Positions 39,061 to 52,509 of a stretch of 64,000 bases of DNA are shown here, in pieces. Below the pieces are notes generated by a model that did no database searches, was not told the origin of the DNA, and saw only the letters and a program-made list of their open reading frames with translations. A program made the translations under genes and the position numbers. The DNA comes from Camelus dromedarius (taxonomy: Eukaryota). Position 1 is the first letter of the stretch; each line of letters opens with the position of its first letter. The stretch is from contig NC_087437.1 of assembly GCF_036321535.1 (NCBI RefSeq), positions 50,098,001-50,162,000 on the forward strand, in the 5' to 3' direction.

Positions 39061-41765
39061 AATTGTCATTCATTGGTGATTTTATAGATCTATCCATGTA
39101 CCTGTATTTATGTGTAATTGATTGCTTTTAATTACATAATCCATGGTATGAACCTACTGTGTATATAGACCATTCTTCCAGTGATGAACTCACTGGTTGA
39201 TTCTAACTTCCTGCTGTTTATATGATGAATGTTCTCATTAATCCTTTTTTGGACCTTTGCAAGGGTTTCTCTGGGAAATATTTTCAGGAGTGGAGTGCTA
39301 GATCATACTATATGCACATACACTTAGTTTCACTAAGTACTGCCAAATTGCTCCCCAGAATCATTATAACAATTTACCCTACCCATGACAGTTCACAAGA
39401 ATTCCTGTTTCCTCCATATCCTCACCAGCAATTGGTACTATCTAATGTTTAAAAATATTTGCCAATGTAATAGCTATAAAGGGATATTTTGTGTTTTGGG
39501 TTTGTTTTAACTTATAGTTCTCTATTTACTAATTGAGGTTGAGCTTCTGTTCATATATTTGTTAGCAAATTGAGTTTCTACTTTTGTGAATTTCTTATTT
39601 ATAATCTTCACCCAATTTTCCATTGGATTTCCTATCTTTTTTCCCCAAGAGTACCTTGTATATCCTAGTTTATAAGCCTCTTTTCGACTTTTCAAGTATC
39701 TTTTCCCAAGTCTGTCATCCATTAACTTTATTTATGCTGTACTTTGTTGTACAAACTCTTCTAGTCAGTTTTTCACCTTATGGTTTATGCATTTTGAATC
39801 TAAAGACATTTTTCCTAAAGACATTTTTCTGCATGTTGTTCTATTTGCCTTATAGCTTATTTTTAGGTATTTCAAGTATATAGAGTTTGCCTTTTTATTT
39901 GATTTAAGGTAGGGAGCCACCTTAATTATTATACTTACAGTGAATCAGTTTTGCCAACAATTATATATTAAACAATCCATTCTTTATCAACTTCTCATAT
40001 ATAAATGGGTCTGTTTCTTTAGTATCCCATTAGTCTGTCTGCTTCTGCTCCAGAAACACACTGTTTTTATTACTGTTTGTGGTATGTCATAATATTTGAT
40101 AAGGACTCCCTCTGCTTTTGTTTTTCAAAATTGTCTTGGGTATTCATGCATCTTTATTTTTCAGTATGTGTTCTAGGATGCATTAGTTGAATTCCTCAAA
40201 AAAATGCTGGTGGAATGACATTGCATTTACATATTTAGGGAGGATAGTTATCTTAATGTTAAGTTATCCCATCCATAAACATATTTCTCCAATTTTTTAG
40301 GTCTTCATTTATATCCCTTTTAGTGATTTTTAAGTTAAAAATTATTTCTGCCTCTTTGGAGATCTGGAATCCAGTATGTTTTGCTTTTTCTTTCTCATCT
40401 AAATTTTTAATTGATATAATATACATAAAGTGTACAGATTGTAAGTGTACACCTTGACAAATTTTCACAAAGTAGACCCACTTGTTTAAGCAGCATGCAG
40501 ATCAAAAAACATCAGAACTCTAGAAGCCACCCTTACCTATCCTCCCAGTCATTGTGTATCCCTCTCCCCCGTCTCCTATATAACCACTGTCCTGATTTCT
40601 ATTTAGCTTATTTTTGAACTTTATAAAACTGAAATCATGCAATAAATATTAGAGTCTGGCTTTATTCACTCAGCATTATCTTTGTGAGATTCATCCATTC
40701 TGTTGTATACAGTTGAGTGTACCTTGTTGCTATGTAGTATTCCATTGTATAAATATACCACAATTTACTTATTCTACTGTTGATGGGTGTTTGGGTTATT
40801 TCCAGTTTGAGACTGCTAAGAAAAGTGCTGCAATGAACATTCCTATAAATATCTTCTGGTGAACAAATATGTGCATTTCTGTTGGGTAGAAGACTAGAAG
40901 TGCTGAGCTGTGGGGGTTTTTTGCCTGTTCCAGCTTTGGTTCACCTATAGTCAGTTTTAGTAGATACTACCAAAAGTTTTCCAAAATGGTTGTACTGATT
41001 GATCATTCCACTAGCAGCACGTAAGAGTTCTAGTCATTCTACTTCTTTGTCAACACTTGCTTTTTTCTCTTTTGCATTTTAGCCATATTGTTGGGTCTTT
41101 AGTGGTATCATACTGTGGTTTTAGTTTTCATGTCCCTGGTATTTATGAAATTAAACACCTTTTTGTAAGTTTGATGACCATTCTTCTTTCATGAAGTGCC
41201 TGTGTAAGTACTTGCCCATTTTGGGGAGGTTGAATTGTCTTGTCTCATTCATCTATAAGACTTCTTTACATATTCTGGATATAAGTCATTATCAGATACA
41301 TGTACTACAATATCTTCAGGTTTGTGGCTTATTTTTCACTCTCTCAATAGTGGTTTTTGATGCATAGAGGTTTTTAATTTTAATTTTGTCCAATTTATTT
41401 GTTTTTCCTTTGTGGATAGTATTTTAATGTCCTATTTAAGAAATTTTTAGCTACCTCAAGGTCATGAAGAAATTCTCCAGTTATTTTAGAAGCTTTATTG
41501 TTTTTCCTTTTACATTTATATTTATATTGTGTGTATCTGTAGAGTGTAACATATGTATCAAGATTCCTTTTTTATTATATGAGTATCCAATTATAATACC
41601 TTTCTTAAAGCTTTACTTTTTTCTATAAAGATCTTGTGCATTCATTATATTAGCTCATAGGTGCTTTAGTTTTTTATTGCTATTTTGATTTTGCATTTTT
41701 ATTATATTTTCCACTTTGTTGTTGTGGTGTAGGGGAATGATAATTGATTTTTTTTGTAAGCTCTT
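39061..41765 (-). mobile_element. Nested ancient L1M fragments (with an L1MC/MD-like 3' end at ~40400-41580)
   Basis: T-rich, with 'ccatatcctcaccagca', 'tgagattcatccattctgttg' and 'gtagtattccattgtataaatataccacaattt'. Confidence 0.8.
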
Positions 41766-43214
41766 GCTTATTTACCTTATCTTCCTGACAAAAACTTGAG
41801 ATATAATCTACATGAAAGTGCTTCAATAAATAAAATGTACTTGATGTTTAAAAATATTTTCTTAGATTAGAATAAAATTAGGGCAATAAAAACTTGATTT
41901 TATGGTAATATTAGATTATGATAGTTCTAGATATCAGATATAAGAGAATCTGGGTCTTTTTCAAATCAAATATTATGAAAGTGGAATTCAGCAGGATCTC
42001 CCAGAGCAAAGAATTCTGCATCTAGAGGCTTTTAAGCAGAGTGTCTTTACCTTTTTGTAGACATTTTCTAGTACTTTTGATAATGGCTATATCAAAATAA
42101 TGTGTCTATCCTCCCTTTTCATTTGTAATATGTACTTTTAGAACTATTACTTTGTAACATTCTTATTTAGAAGAGCTCTTTCAGTAAAAATCTTTGAATG
42201 TTGGACATTAACTGAAAGGGTACAAATCTATAGCAAGTTAACTTCTTGGGGGAACTTGTAATGGCAATCTGTTTTTACTTGCTGGAGCAATACAGATTTG
42301 TCAAGAAAAAGCACCAAGAGAATATAGCTTATTTCTAATTAGAGTAGTGAATTTTCCATGGGTTCAAATGTTTTAAAGTAAGAAAAAAATAAAAATAAAA
42401 GGTGTACAAAAGTAATTCTAATACAAAAATGGTATTTTTATTTATGTTAATAAGTAGTGAAATATTGATATAAGTGGGCATTTTTTCTTACTTCTACAAT
42501 TGTATGTGTATTTTTAATGTACTTGTTTCTATCTATGTGAACAGAAAAGAGTGAACATAAACTTGAATAAGTCATACAGATCCATAAAAGGTAATTACAG
42601 TACCAACAACAAGGAGTGAAAAACACCAGTGGCCACAGATAATAACAAACTAGAAAAAGCATGTATCAGCTGATCAGGCCTTATGACCATACACAACAAA
42701 AATTTTTTAAAGGGGTGGACTATGTGTTACATAATGAATAATCAGACCAAAATCCCAAAGAAGAGAATTAATTGAGCAAACTTGATGCCTTGATGTCTGG
42801 TAGAGAAAACCTCTAAGTAACTTTACTAATTAAAATTAAATACTGATTTGATATATAATTTGGTTCCAGTAATACTAAAACTAGATCAATATATCACAGT
42901 GGTGAGACAATACCCAATTTGGGATCCAAATTTGACAATAAGAAAGAAACATAGTATTGAATTTTTTTCTACCTGCAAAATTCCCTGGGATATGAAATAA
43001 ACCAACCCCTCCAATAAAAAGCCAACCACATATTTTGACAGCCCAGATTTCCTCCTTCTTTCTACTGCTGTGTGCTGATAATTTATCAGCCTTCCTTAAT
43101 CCTGTCCAAGTTGAGAGTATGTGCTTTGCCTTCATTGAGGTTAAAGTACAGTCTCCAAATCTACTACCATCTATAGGTTTTCTTTCATCAGAAACATAGA
43201 TTATTAATTATTCT

Positions 43215-43365
43215 GATGGAAGGAGGGAGGGAAGAAAGAAGAAAATGAAAAGAAGGAAGGAAGGAAAAAGGAAAGGAAGAAAGAGGGAAAGAGAGCTAGA
43301 AAGAAAGGAAGGAAAGAAAGAAGGAAGGAAAGAAGGAAGGAAGGGAAGAAGGGAGGGAGGGAAAG
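43215..43365. repeat. (GGAA)n purine-rich simple repeat
   Basis: Seen directly in the sequence. Confidence 0.95.
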
Positions 43366-43664
43366 GCCAAGGACATAAAGAAATCTTTTGAGACATCAAG
43401 TTGCTAAGAATTGAGAAATAATCATGAGCTACACAACCTTATGAGATAAAAGATAAGTAAAAAACAATAATTATTTAATTAATTTCCTTATAAATGTAGA
43501 TTCTATTCAAAACATACATCTTGTCTGCCTTACTTATTCCTATATCGCTGGTATCTAGGACACTCACTATACGTGCTTGGCATATAGTCAATGCTCAAAA
43601 ATATTTGTAAAATAAATTGAATAGATGAATAAATTCATGAGTGTGGTTACTCGGATCCAATTTT

Positions 43665-44160
43665 GTCATGCTGGTTGCTCAACATGATAGTCTGAAGCTG
43701 TGTCAGTTCAGACACTCCTGGCAAAGGCAAATGCAAAGATAGAATGCAAGAAATGTATTAGAGGAAATAAATTGCTGTGAATAGTAGGAAGGAAAAGCCT
43801 TTGTATCACAATGCTGATTTGACACTTGTGAAAGAAGAGAGGAAAGGAAGGAGGATTGGGTTGGATGAGCCTCTGACTGCAGTGTAGCTCAAGAAAGTTC
43901 CAGTCAGGCCAATGGGGAACCCCAGCGCAAAGTTTAGAGGAGTCCCACATGGGTCAGAAATGACCTGGTTTTGTAGTACTTGGCTCACAGAACACCTCCT
44001 GTGCTGTTACTGGCTGTGAGCAGCCCTAAAAGAGCATGAACTTGGAGTTGAAAACTGTGGTGGATCCCAAAGTTGCAACATCTGAAGGCTGTCTGCTAAT
44101 TACACTCTCAAGCAGTTTCTTTCTTGATGGAGGAGTGAGTGGCACACCTCCACGGCCATA
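43665..44160 (-). mobile_element. ERVL solo LTR (LTR16B-like)
   Basis: 'ggattgggttggatgagcctctgactgcagtgtagctcaagaaagt..aggccaatggggaacccca..tagaggagtcccacatgggtcagaaatg'. Confidence 0.7.
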
Positions 44161-45995
44161 GAAACTGAAAAGCTCCCTGTTTCTAATGATGAGTAGATCA
44201 GTTCCAGTATCAATACTAAATTTTCTCTCTCCATTTCTACCATGAACTCTATGAACTATTTTCTCCTTGAATACAGGAGATTATTCCTTTCTTCCTATTC
44301 AAATGTGGGCATGGATTTGAAACCTTTCACTTATGTGAATGTTTCATTCACCAAGAGAGTTGACAGATGTCAACTTTTTGAATTACACATAGAAAGGGCA
44401 ACTCTATTGCCAGTCATCAAAGACTACAAAGTCATTCCATTATTTTTCAAATATCTCCTGCTTGAGTGGTAAACTTTCAGTATATGTCCATGTCTAGCCG
44501 GTACACCAAAAGTGGCATCCCTTTGTTTCCATACCTAATCTAGGACACTTCTTTCCTCTATTAGTCTAAAATAAGGGATAAAACACATATGCAAATATAT
44601 ATGATATATATTTTATATATACACAGTTTAAAATATGCAAAATATATAATAGTCAAATAACACTATGATGTAGATAGTGAAAAGTGCTAATGGAAGTACA
44701 AATATATGCAATGGAAGTTCAGAGAACAGAAAGATTAATTTAAACTGAGAGAGCTGGAGGAGAGTTTCATGGAGAAGATGTCATTTAATTTAAGTCTTTA
44801 AAGATGAGTAAGATTTGTACATGTGGAAGATGAGGTAAATGACATTGACTGATAGACTCATATGCCCAAGAGCATAGCCAGGAAAGCACAACCATGTAAA
44901 AAACAAAAACTCAGAGCTTATAGTTCTCAGGGCAGCAGGAGCAATTTAACTGACAAATTTCAGGTAGCTTTTGGTTCCTAAGTTTGAAATCTAAAGCACT
45001 GTTGGCCTGCCAGTCACTAGAAGATATACTACTATTGTTGTCTGTCTGTAAGTTTGACATCAGAAAAATTTACTTAAGCATAGATCTGACTGTTGACTCT
45101 GGCCATGAGGACCATCCTACCTTGAGGGCACATTTTATTAGCATATACAACATATGCTGAAAGACTGAACTGAAAATACCCGTAAATTGTAACTATCACA
45201 TGACAGAGTGTTTCAAAATAAGTTTAAGGTGTCATTAGTTCAAGTGGTAGCTCTGACACCAAATAGCTGCTCTTTGACTGATCTAAGAATGAACACATTC
45301 TCTCCATACACTGTTCCATTAGCGATTTTAATTGCATGCTAACCTTTATAATTTGTTGCTGTCATTTAGGTTCATATACTGTACTAATATTTATTCTACG
45401 TATTATATAACACCTTATTAAGTTTATTGTCCTCTTTCCAAAAAATGTTTTATCTGACTTCAAGTGAGGAACTAACTTACATTTACATATCTGTTAAAAG
45501 TATTTGCTTGAATTACAGGTTCTCTTAGTATTCTCAACAGAGTTTCTAATTTAAGTCTGTGGAAGGAAAAAAGAGATAGTTTGCTTCCCAAAATAGGAAA
45601 AAGCCCTGTATATGCATCCTGTTATACAATATCTATGCCCTGAGGACCACCAAAATAAATGTTAATTACTTGTTTTGTCTTTTTCGTGTGCTCCATGGAG
45701 CTGTCTTTGACAGTTGGAACCAGAATATGTACCTCCTTTAATTCACATCCAATAAGTGCCTACCACAATGTCCTAGACATTAAAGCTTAATGAAAATGTT
45801 TAATGAAATAAATATGTAATAATTAAGATTTACTTTCTAAACATCCCCTCCATCACATTATATCACATAATTATGCTCAATAAGTCACAATGGTGGTAGA
45901 GACACAAATTCAGAATATTAATTGCACAGCAACAGCAAACTCCTCCTGACCGTCTCACCATGTATCCTTGCCTCTCCTATAAGCTTCCTTTCATT

Positions 45996-46798
45996 CTTTT
46001 TTTTTTCTTTAAAAGTTTTTTTCTTAAGTGACCAGTATTGAGAGGGCTGGTTTAGATACTTTATTTTGTGTTTGTGTATATATATATATATTTATTGTAT
46101 ATGTATTTATATTATTTATATTATATTATATATAAATATATATTTATTTGTGTATATATTTATATGTATAAATGTATATTTATTGAAGTATAGTCAGTTT
46201 ACAATGTTGTGTCAATTTCTGGTGTACAGCACAATACTTCAGTCATGTAGGAAGGTACATATATTCGTTTTCATATTCTTTTTTTACCATAAGTTACTAT
46301 AAGATATTGAATATAGTTCCCAGTGCTATACAGTATGAACTCGTTGTTTATCTATTTTATATATATCAGTTAGTATCTGCAAATCTCGAACTCCCAACTT
46401 ATCCCTTCCCAGCCCCTTCCCCCCAATAACCATAAGTTTGTTTTCTATGTCTGTGAGTCTCTTTTTGTTTTGTAAGTAAGTTCATTTGTCTTTTTTTTTT
46501 TTTTTTGGATACCACATATAAGTGATATCATATGGTATTTTTCTTTCTCTTTCTGGCTTGCTTTACTTAGAATGACATTCTCCATGTCCATCAACATTGC
46601 TGCAAATGGCATTATCTTATTTTTTATGGCTGAATAGTATTCCATTGTATAATTATACCACAGCTCCTTTATCCAGTCATCTGTTGATGGGCATTTAGTT
46701 TGTTTCCATGTCTTGGCTGTTGTAAATAGTGCTTCTGTGAACATTGGGGTGCCTGTATATTTTTGAAATAAGATTCCCTCTGGATATATGCACAGGAG
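45996..46798 (-). mobile_element. 5'-truncated L1 with 3' transduced tail, 14-bp TSD
   Basis: ORF2 C-terminus at 46445-46744. TSD agcttcctttcatt at 45982-45995 and 46799-46812. Confidence 0.93.
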
Positions 46799-47369
46799 AG
46801 CTTCCTTTCATTTTTTCTTTGCCTTTCTAAACTTCTCTTTGATCCACAAACCCCTACTAAACATCTGCCATATGAATATTAAGGAGAATGTGTGAGCACT
46901 CAAGATCATTTCTGTGGGACTTGTTTCTCTTCTTCCCTTTCTTTTGTCCCAGTATCTTTCCTGAAAAATATCTCCAAAGCATAGATATGTGAGTCCACAG
47001 GTCCTTTTCTCTCCATCAAACCAAAAACATAATATAAAATTTCTTCATTCATTATAGGCTAGAGATAATCACCAGATGATATGAAATTTCCTAAAATGTT
47101 AGGTGTTCTTTTCTTAAATATATAAGTTAAGTTAGATTAAAAGTCTATGAACAGTAAACATTGTATATTGGTGCTCTAGAGATATGTAAATATTCTGGTA
47201 CAGTAATTTCCTTTTCATAATTGGGCTGATCCACTCAAACTATCATTCCTATCCTTGCTGACTTATTTGGCAAAAGTGAGATCCAATGACAGGGACTGGG
47301 CTGATCCACATGACTCCCCCACTGATAAAAATAAAATGTGTCACTGCTTTCCTCCTAATAAGTCTGTCA

Positions 47370-47580
47370 CATGGAATGAGCATGGGCTCCAGAGTCAGAT
47401 ATAGCTGGGTTTGAATCCCAGCTCTTCTGTTTCACAAATTACTCAACGCCTCTGTACCTCTGATTCTTGAGCTATGAAATAAGGTAATAATGCATATTTT
47501 ATAAAGTTATTATTAGGGTTAAATGGGAAAATGTGTATAAAACATCTGGTACAAAGTAGGTACTCAAGAAATGGTTGTTT
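47370..47580 (+). mobile_element. MIR SINE
   Basis: 'gagcatgggctccagagtcagatatagctgggtttgaatcccagctct'. Confidence 0.85.
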
Positions 47581-49960
47581 TTGTTCCTAAATTATTTTTA
47601 TTTTCATTATTTTTACTCAGTATCCTTTAAAATAGCCGTAGAATAATAATCTGCTACATACAGCAACAGTGTTCCTAGAAAGCTTTGGTCATGTCACTTC
47701 ATCATTGGCATGTGTAGCCACCTTCAAATCAGTCAGAGAAGAGAGGGCCAATTAAAACAGGTGTAGGTTTTCTTAGAATACAACTTAGGGAAGTGACATG
47801 TCTGTCACATAGTGTGTGTTTCAGATGGTGAGTTTTGTATTTTAAAATAAAAGAACCCAGAGTCTGAGTTGTGAATAAATTACTGCTACTTTAAAGTGAC
47901 TTTTTTAAGTTTGGATTTCTTATCACTTCCAGTTGATAAAAATGCTAGACAAATGGAGAGGTCACAGGGAAGAAATGAAATTGATGGTGTTAATTTATGA
48001 CCCTGTTTCATCTGTTAGTAAAAAGCAAAATCAACAGAGAAGGGATAAGGAAGTACAAGAGGGAAAACAATGAGAGATGCATTTGGCATTGCAGTATATC
48101 AGGGTATGGGTATCTGTCCCTCATTTTTTTTAAACTGACTGAAAATATAGAAACTTATACTTAATAAATTAATATTTTGGTTAACACAAATATAAAGATG
48201 TGTTTAGAAGAGAAGCTTAGGTTAATTTTCCACCCCAGATGCCCAACACATGGTCAGAGATGAGAGTGGGGCCCAAAGAGAACATTTCAAATGTAAGTAT
48301 ATTGTTAATTATAAACCTAGAAGTCTTCTGAACGCGTCATATTATCCAACATAATTTCTCCAAGATATATATCCACTTCATGTCCTTTTAGAGCTATATA
48401 AACCAGCAGAGAGAAATTCTTGGTTTATTGAAATCCGTGTAAGTTGGTTGATTTCCCTACCTTGTCTCCTTGAAGAAAAGGTAATTAAATGATTTCTGAA
48501 AAATTAAACCATAGTTACTAAAATCTTCAAAATGAGTTCTGCTTCATATGTTTGTTTGTGTTGCGGTTGTTTTATACTACTTTTGTTTAAAAGGAAATCT
48601 ACTTTCTAAAAGATGTTCAGGATTCTCTGAGAATGAGGGAGATAGGTCCAATTAAGACTCAATTACAATGGAACATAATGTCTTCAAAGAAAAACTCCCA
48701 GGCACACCTAGCCAAACATTAGGGGTTCATTCTCTTAGCGGATGGAACTGTCTGTGAAGGTAAAGAAAAAAGACCTATATTCTCAAGGTCAGTGAACCAG
48801 AGGTGCAAATATAGTTAACAATGTGTTTTTACAACAAGTCCCTGTTTTTCCTTTTATCCTTACTGAGACTGTGGTCATTTTGACATTTCCATATTTGATG
48901 CTAACCTAACAGCTAATGTGTGTTTTTAAATGGAATACCTAAAGAAGAATTTTAAAAGTTTTACCACAATGCAGCTTTTAAATATACTTTCAACTATTGT
49001 TTGATCTTTTTGCAAGAAAACTTCTTATGAACTCTAAGTATTCTTTCATCTGTTTTGCTTTAGGTGACCTGTTCATTTTATTTTTACCTTCATCATGCAT
49101 ATCCATTACCAAAAAAAAATTCTTTGTTTTATCCAGTCCCAGCATTTCATTTTTAGTTTGAGCTTATATGCTCCCCAAGTATATACAATGTCAAAAAAGA
49201 TAAATTTGCATGTCTTACCTGACTTGCAATTAGGGTTATTAGCAACAGTATATCCAGGAAAGATTTTGTGTAAGTTAGGTTCTGGGCTCCTAGGCAACAG
49301 ATAAAAAAAGAAATCCAGGACATTTCTTTCACAACAATCTCCATCCATCTTATAGTCTTTTGTTAAGTCTTTTAATTTTAGATTTTCTTCCCAAGAAAGT
49401 AGGTAGATACGACTGCCGGCATCCCTAGAGCCTTTGTTAATACTGTAACGACAGACGTAGACCACTGAAAGGTGTGCCTGGAGTGTGCAATTTTCAGTTT
49501 CTTTTGAATGATTCAGTACATGCTCTGTGCTTTCAGTTCAGACCAAACACAATCAAAAGTATATGTCTAGAAATTATGGATTTTATAGTTTCCAATTCTA
49601 CATTTCACATTTTCATAGAACTGGAAATCAGGAACTCTTCAATATTATACCAAGGAAAATGTGGGAAGGAGGGGATCTCCTTTCTTTTTAATAACCCTTG
49701 AGGATTCCATGACATTCGTGGTGATTTTTCTTAATCCCATTTTACCATGATACCAAACCATCATGATACTACTTCAGTGTTACAAGGTACCCAAAGTATT
49801 GGATAAAGCAACCAGGAGACATCCTTTGGCCATGCTACCAGAGTAATTTTTACTATCCAAATATAATAATATGAACACTTAAAAGAAAAGTAGAGATCAG
49901 TATATTGATTCCAAAGTGGATTTTGCTGCATATTTCCAAGTACTTCAAAACTTAACACTT

Positions 49961-50287
49961 GTCAGTCTACCAAGGCAATAGAAATAAAAGCAAAATTAAA
50001 CAAATGGTCCCTAATCAAACTTACAAGGTTTTGCACAGCAAAGAAAACTATAAACAAAACTAAAAGACGACCTGCAGAATGGGAGAAAATATTTGCAACT
50101 AATGCAACTGACAAGGGCTTAATTTCCAGAATATACAAACAGCTCATGCAACTCAATAACAAAAATCAACCCAATCAAGAAATGGGCAGAAGGCCTAAAC
50201 AAACATTTCTTTGGTGAAGACATACCAATGGCCAATAGGCACATGAAAAATGCTCAATATCATTATCAGAGAAATGCAAATCAAAAC
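49961..50287 (+). mobile_element. Internal L1 ORF2 fragment without 3'UTR or poly(A), 16-bp TSD
   Basis: Matches L1 22937-23280 of this window. Flanks are tcaaaacttaacactt (49945-49960) and tcaaaacctaacactt (50281-50296). Confidence 0.9.
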
Positions 50288-51252
50288 CTAACACTTAATT
50301 CTGGAAATTAATGTGCTAATCATTTTTGATTATTAGAAAAAATGCCTAATAAATGGACACTTGGTTAATATTTTTAACCTCTGATTTTATTTTATTTTAT
50401 TCTTGGTTAACCAGGTTATTCTCATACTGAAGAGGAAGTCAACTCTGATTACTGGGATCCAGAGGAGCCCCTAGTGAAAGATACTCCCCACTAAGTTGAT
50501 GCTTAAACATTTTTTTGTTGAAGAATCATCCCCAGCTGATATGGTAGTAGTTTACGCTAACAGTCATTTACAATGAAATGTGTTTTAGAGGATTTTAGAA
50601 ATGACTTTGGCAAAGAAATGGAGAAGAAAGCATGAATGCATTAGGAAATCCAGGAGACCTGGAAATTTGGTGCTGCTAGCTTAGGGGCTCCTAACATTTT
50701 CATCTCCAATGAAGTATTTTATTATGTGCATGGACCACCAATCATAACACAGAAATCTCTACAATGGCATAATGGCTAATCAGATTTTTTTGAATATTTG
50801 ATGAAACTTTAGGAAATTATGAAAGCCTCATGAATTTGAGACTAAGTACATGTGGGAAGATTGGGAATTGGAGATTATTACCTATTTAATGTCTTTGAGA
50901 GTTATTAAATTAATTTTCAATTTATACTTGAGTCAATTCTGATAATTTAAATCTTTATAAAAAATCACTTATTTAAGATTTCAAAGTTATTGATTTAAAG
51001 CTACTTGTATTAGTCACAAGATTTTTTTTAAATCTGTCTGTAATTATATCTCTTTTGACTTTAATATTGTTTTAGTTTGTGCCCCTATCTTTTCATTTTC
51101 TTGATCAGTTTTTTCAGATTAGTCTATTTAAAAAGTACTCATGAAACATTTATAAAATTTACCATCTGGCAGGTTACATAGGATACAATCAAAATAGAAA
51201 AAAATAGATCTCATAAAGATGAGTGCTTAGAAAATAATATACTCTTTATATA

Positions 51253-52505
51253 TTTTTTATTGAAGTATAGTTGCTATACAATATTATATAAGTTACAAGT
51301 GTACAATATAGTAATTCACAGTTTTAAAGGTTATATTCTGTTTATAGTTATTATAAAATATTGGCTATATTCCCTGTGTTACCAGTGAGGTAACCACTAG
51401 TTTGTTTTCTATCTGCTTCTTTTTTGTTATATTCACTAGTTTGGGTTTTTTTTTAGATTCCACATATAAGTGATATTATACAGTATTTGTCTTTCTCTGA
51501 CTTATTTCACTTAGTATAATGCCCTCCAAGTCCACCCATATTACTGCAAATGGCAAAATTCCATTCTTTTTTATAGCTGAATAGTGTTCCATTGTATATA
51601 TGTACCACATCTTCTTTATCCATTCACCTGTTGGTGGACACTTAGGTTGTTTCCGTATCTTACCAATTGTAAATAATGCCGTGATGAACATTGGGGTGTA
51701 TGTATCTTTTCAAATTAGTGTTTTGGGGGTTTTTTTTGGCGGGGGGTATATATCCAGGAGTAGAACTGCTGGGTCATATGGTAGCTCTATTTTTATTTTT
51801 TTGAGAAAATTCCATACTGTTTTCCACAGTGGCTGCACTAATTTACATTCCTGCCAACAGTGTATGAGGATTCCCTTTTCTCTATATCCTCACCAATATT
51901 TGTTATTTGTGTTCTTTCTGATGCTAGCCATTCTGACAGGTGTGAGGTGATGTCTCATTGTGTTTTGACTTGCATTTTCCTGATGATTAACAATGTTGAG
52001 GTCTTTTCATGTGCTTGTTGCCCATCTGCATTTCCTCTTTGGAAAGATGTCTACTCAGTTCTGCCCATTTTTAAACCGGGTCTTTTGTTTTTTTGATGTT
52101 GAGTTGTATGAGCTGTTTGTATATGTTGGATATTAACCCCTTATTGGTCATATCATTTGGAAATATTTTCTCTCATTCAGTAGGCTGTCTTTTCCTTTTG
52201 TCAATGATTTCCTTTGCTATGCAAAAGCTTTTAGGTTTAATTAGGTTCCATTGTTCATTTTTGCTTTTATTTTCTTTGCTTTAGGAGACAGAACCAAAAA
52301 GATACTACTACGATTTATGTCAAAGAGTGTTCTACCTATGTTTTCCCCTCTGAGTTTTATTGTCTACATTTAGGTCTTTAATCCATCTTGAGTTTATTTT
52401 TGTATATGGTATTAGAGAATGTTCTGATTTCATTTTTCACATGTAACTGTTCAGTTTTCCCAGAACCACTTAATGAAAAGACTATCTTTTCTCCATTATG
52501 TATTT
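51253..52505 (-). mobile_element. 5'-truncated L1 (ORF2 C-terminus plus 3'UTR)
   Basis: [39 protein letters not shown]. Confidence 0.95.
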
Positions 52506-52509
52506 CTTG

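Noticed and set aside
43208..43399. Hydrophobic 63-aa ORF
   Set aside because: Translation of the (TTCC)n repeat.
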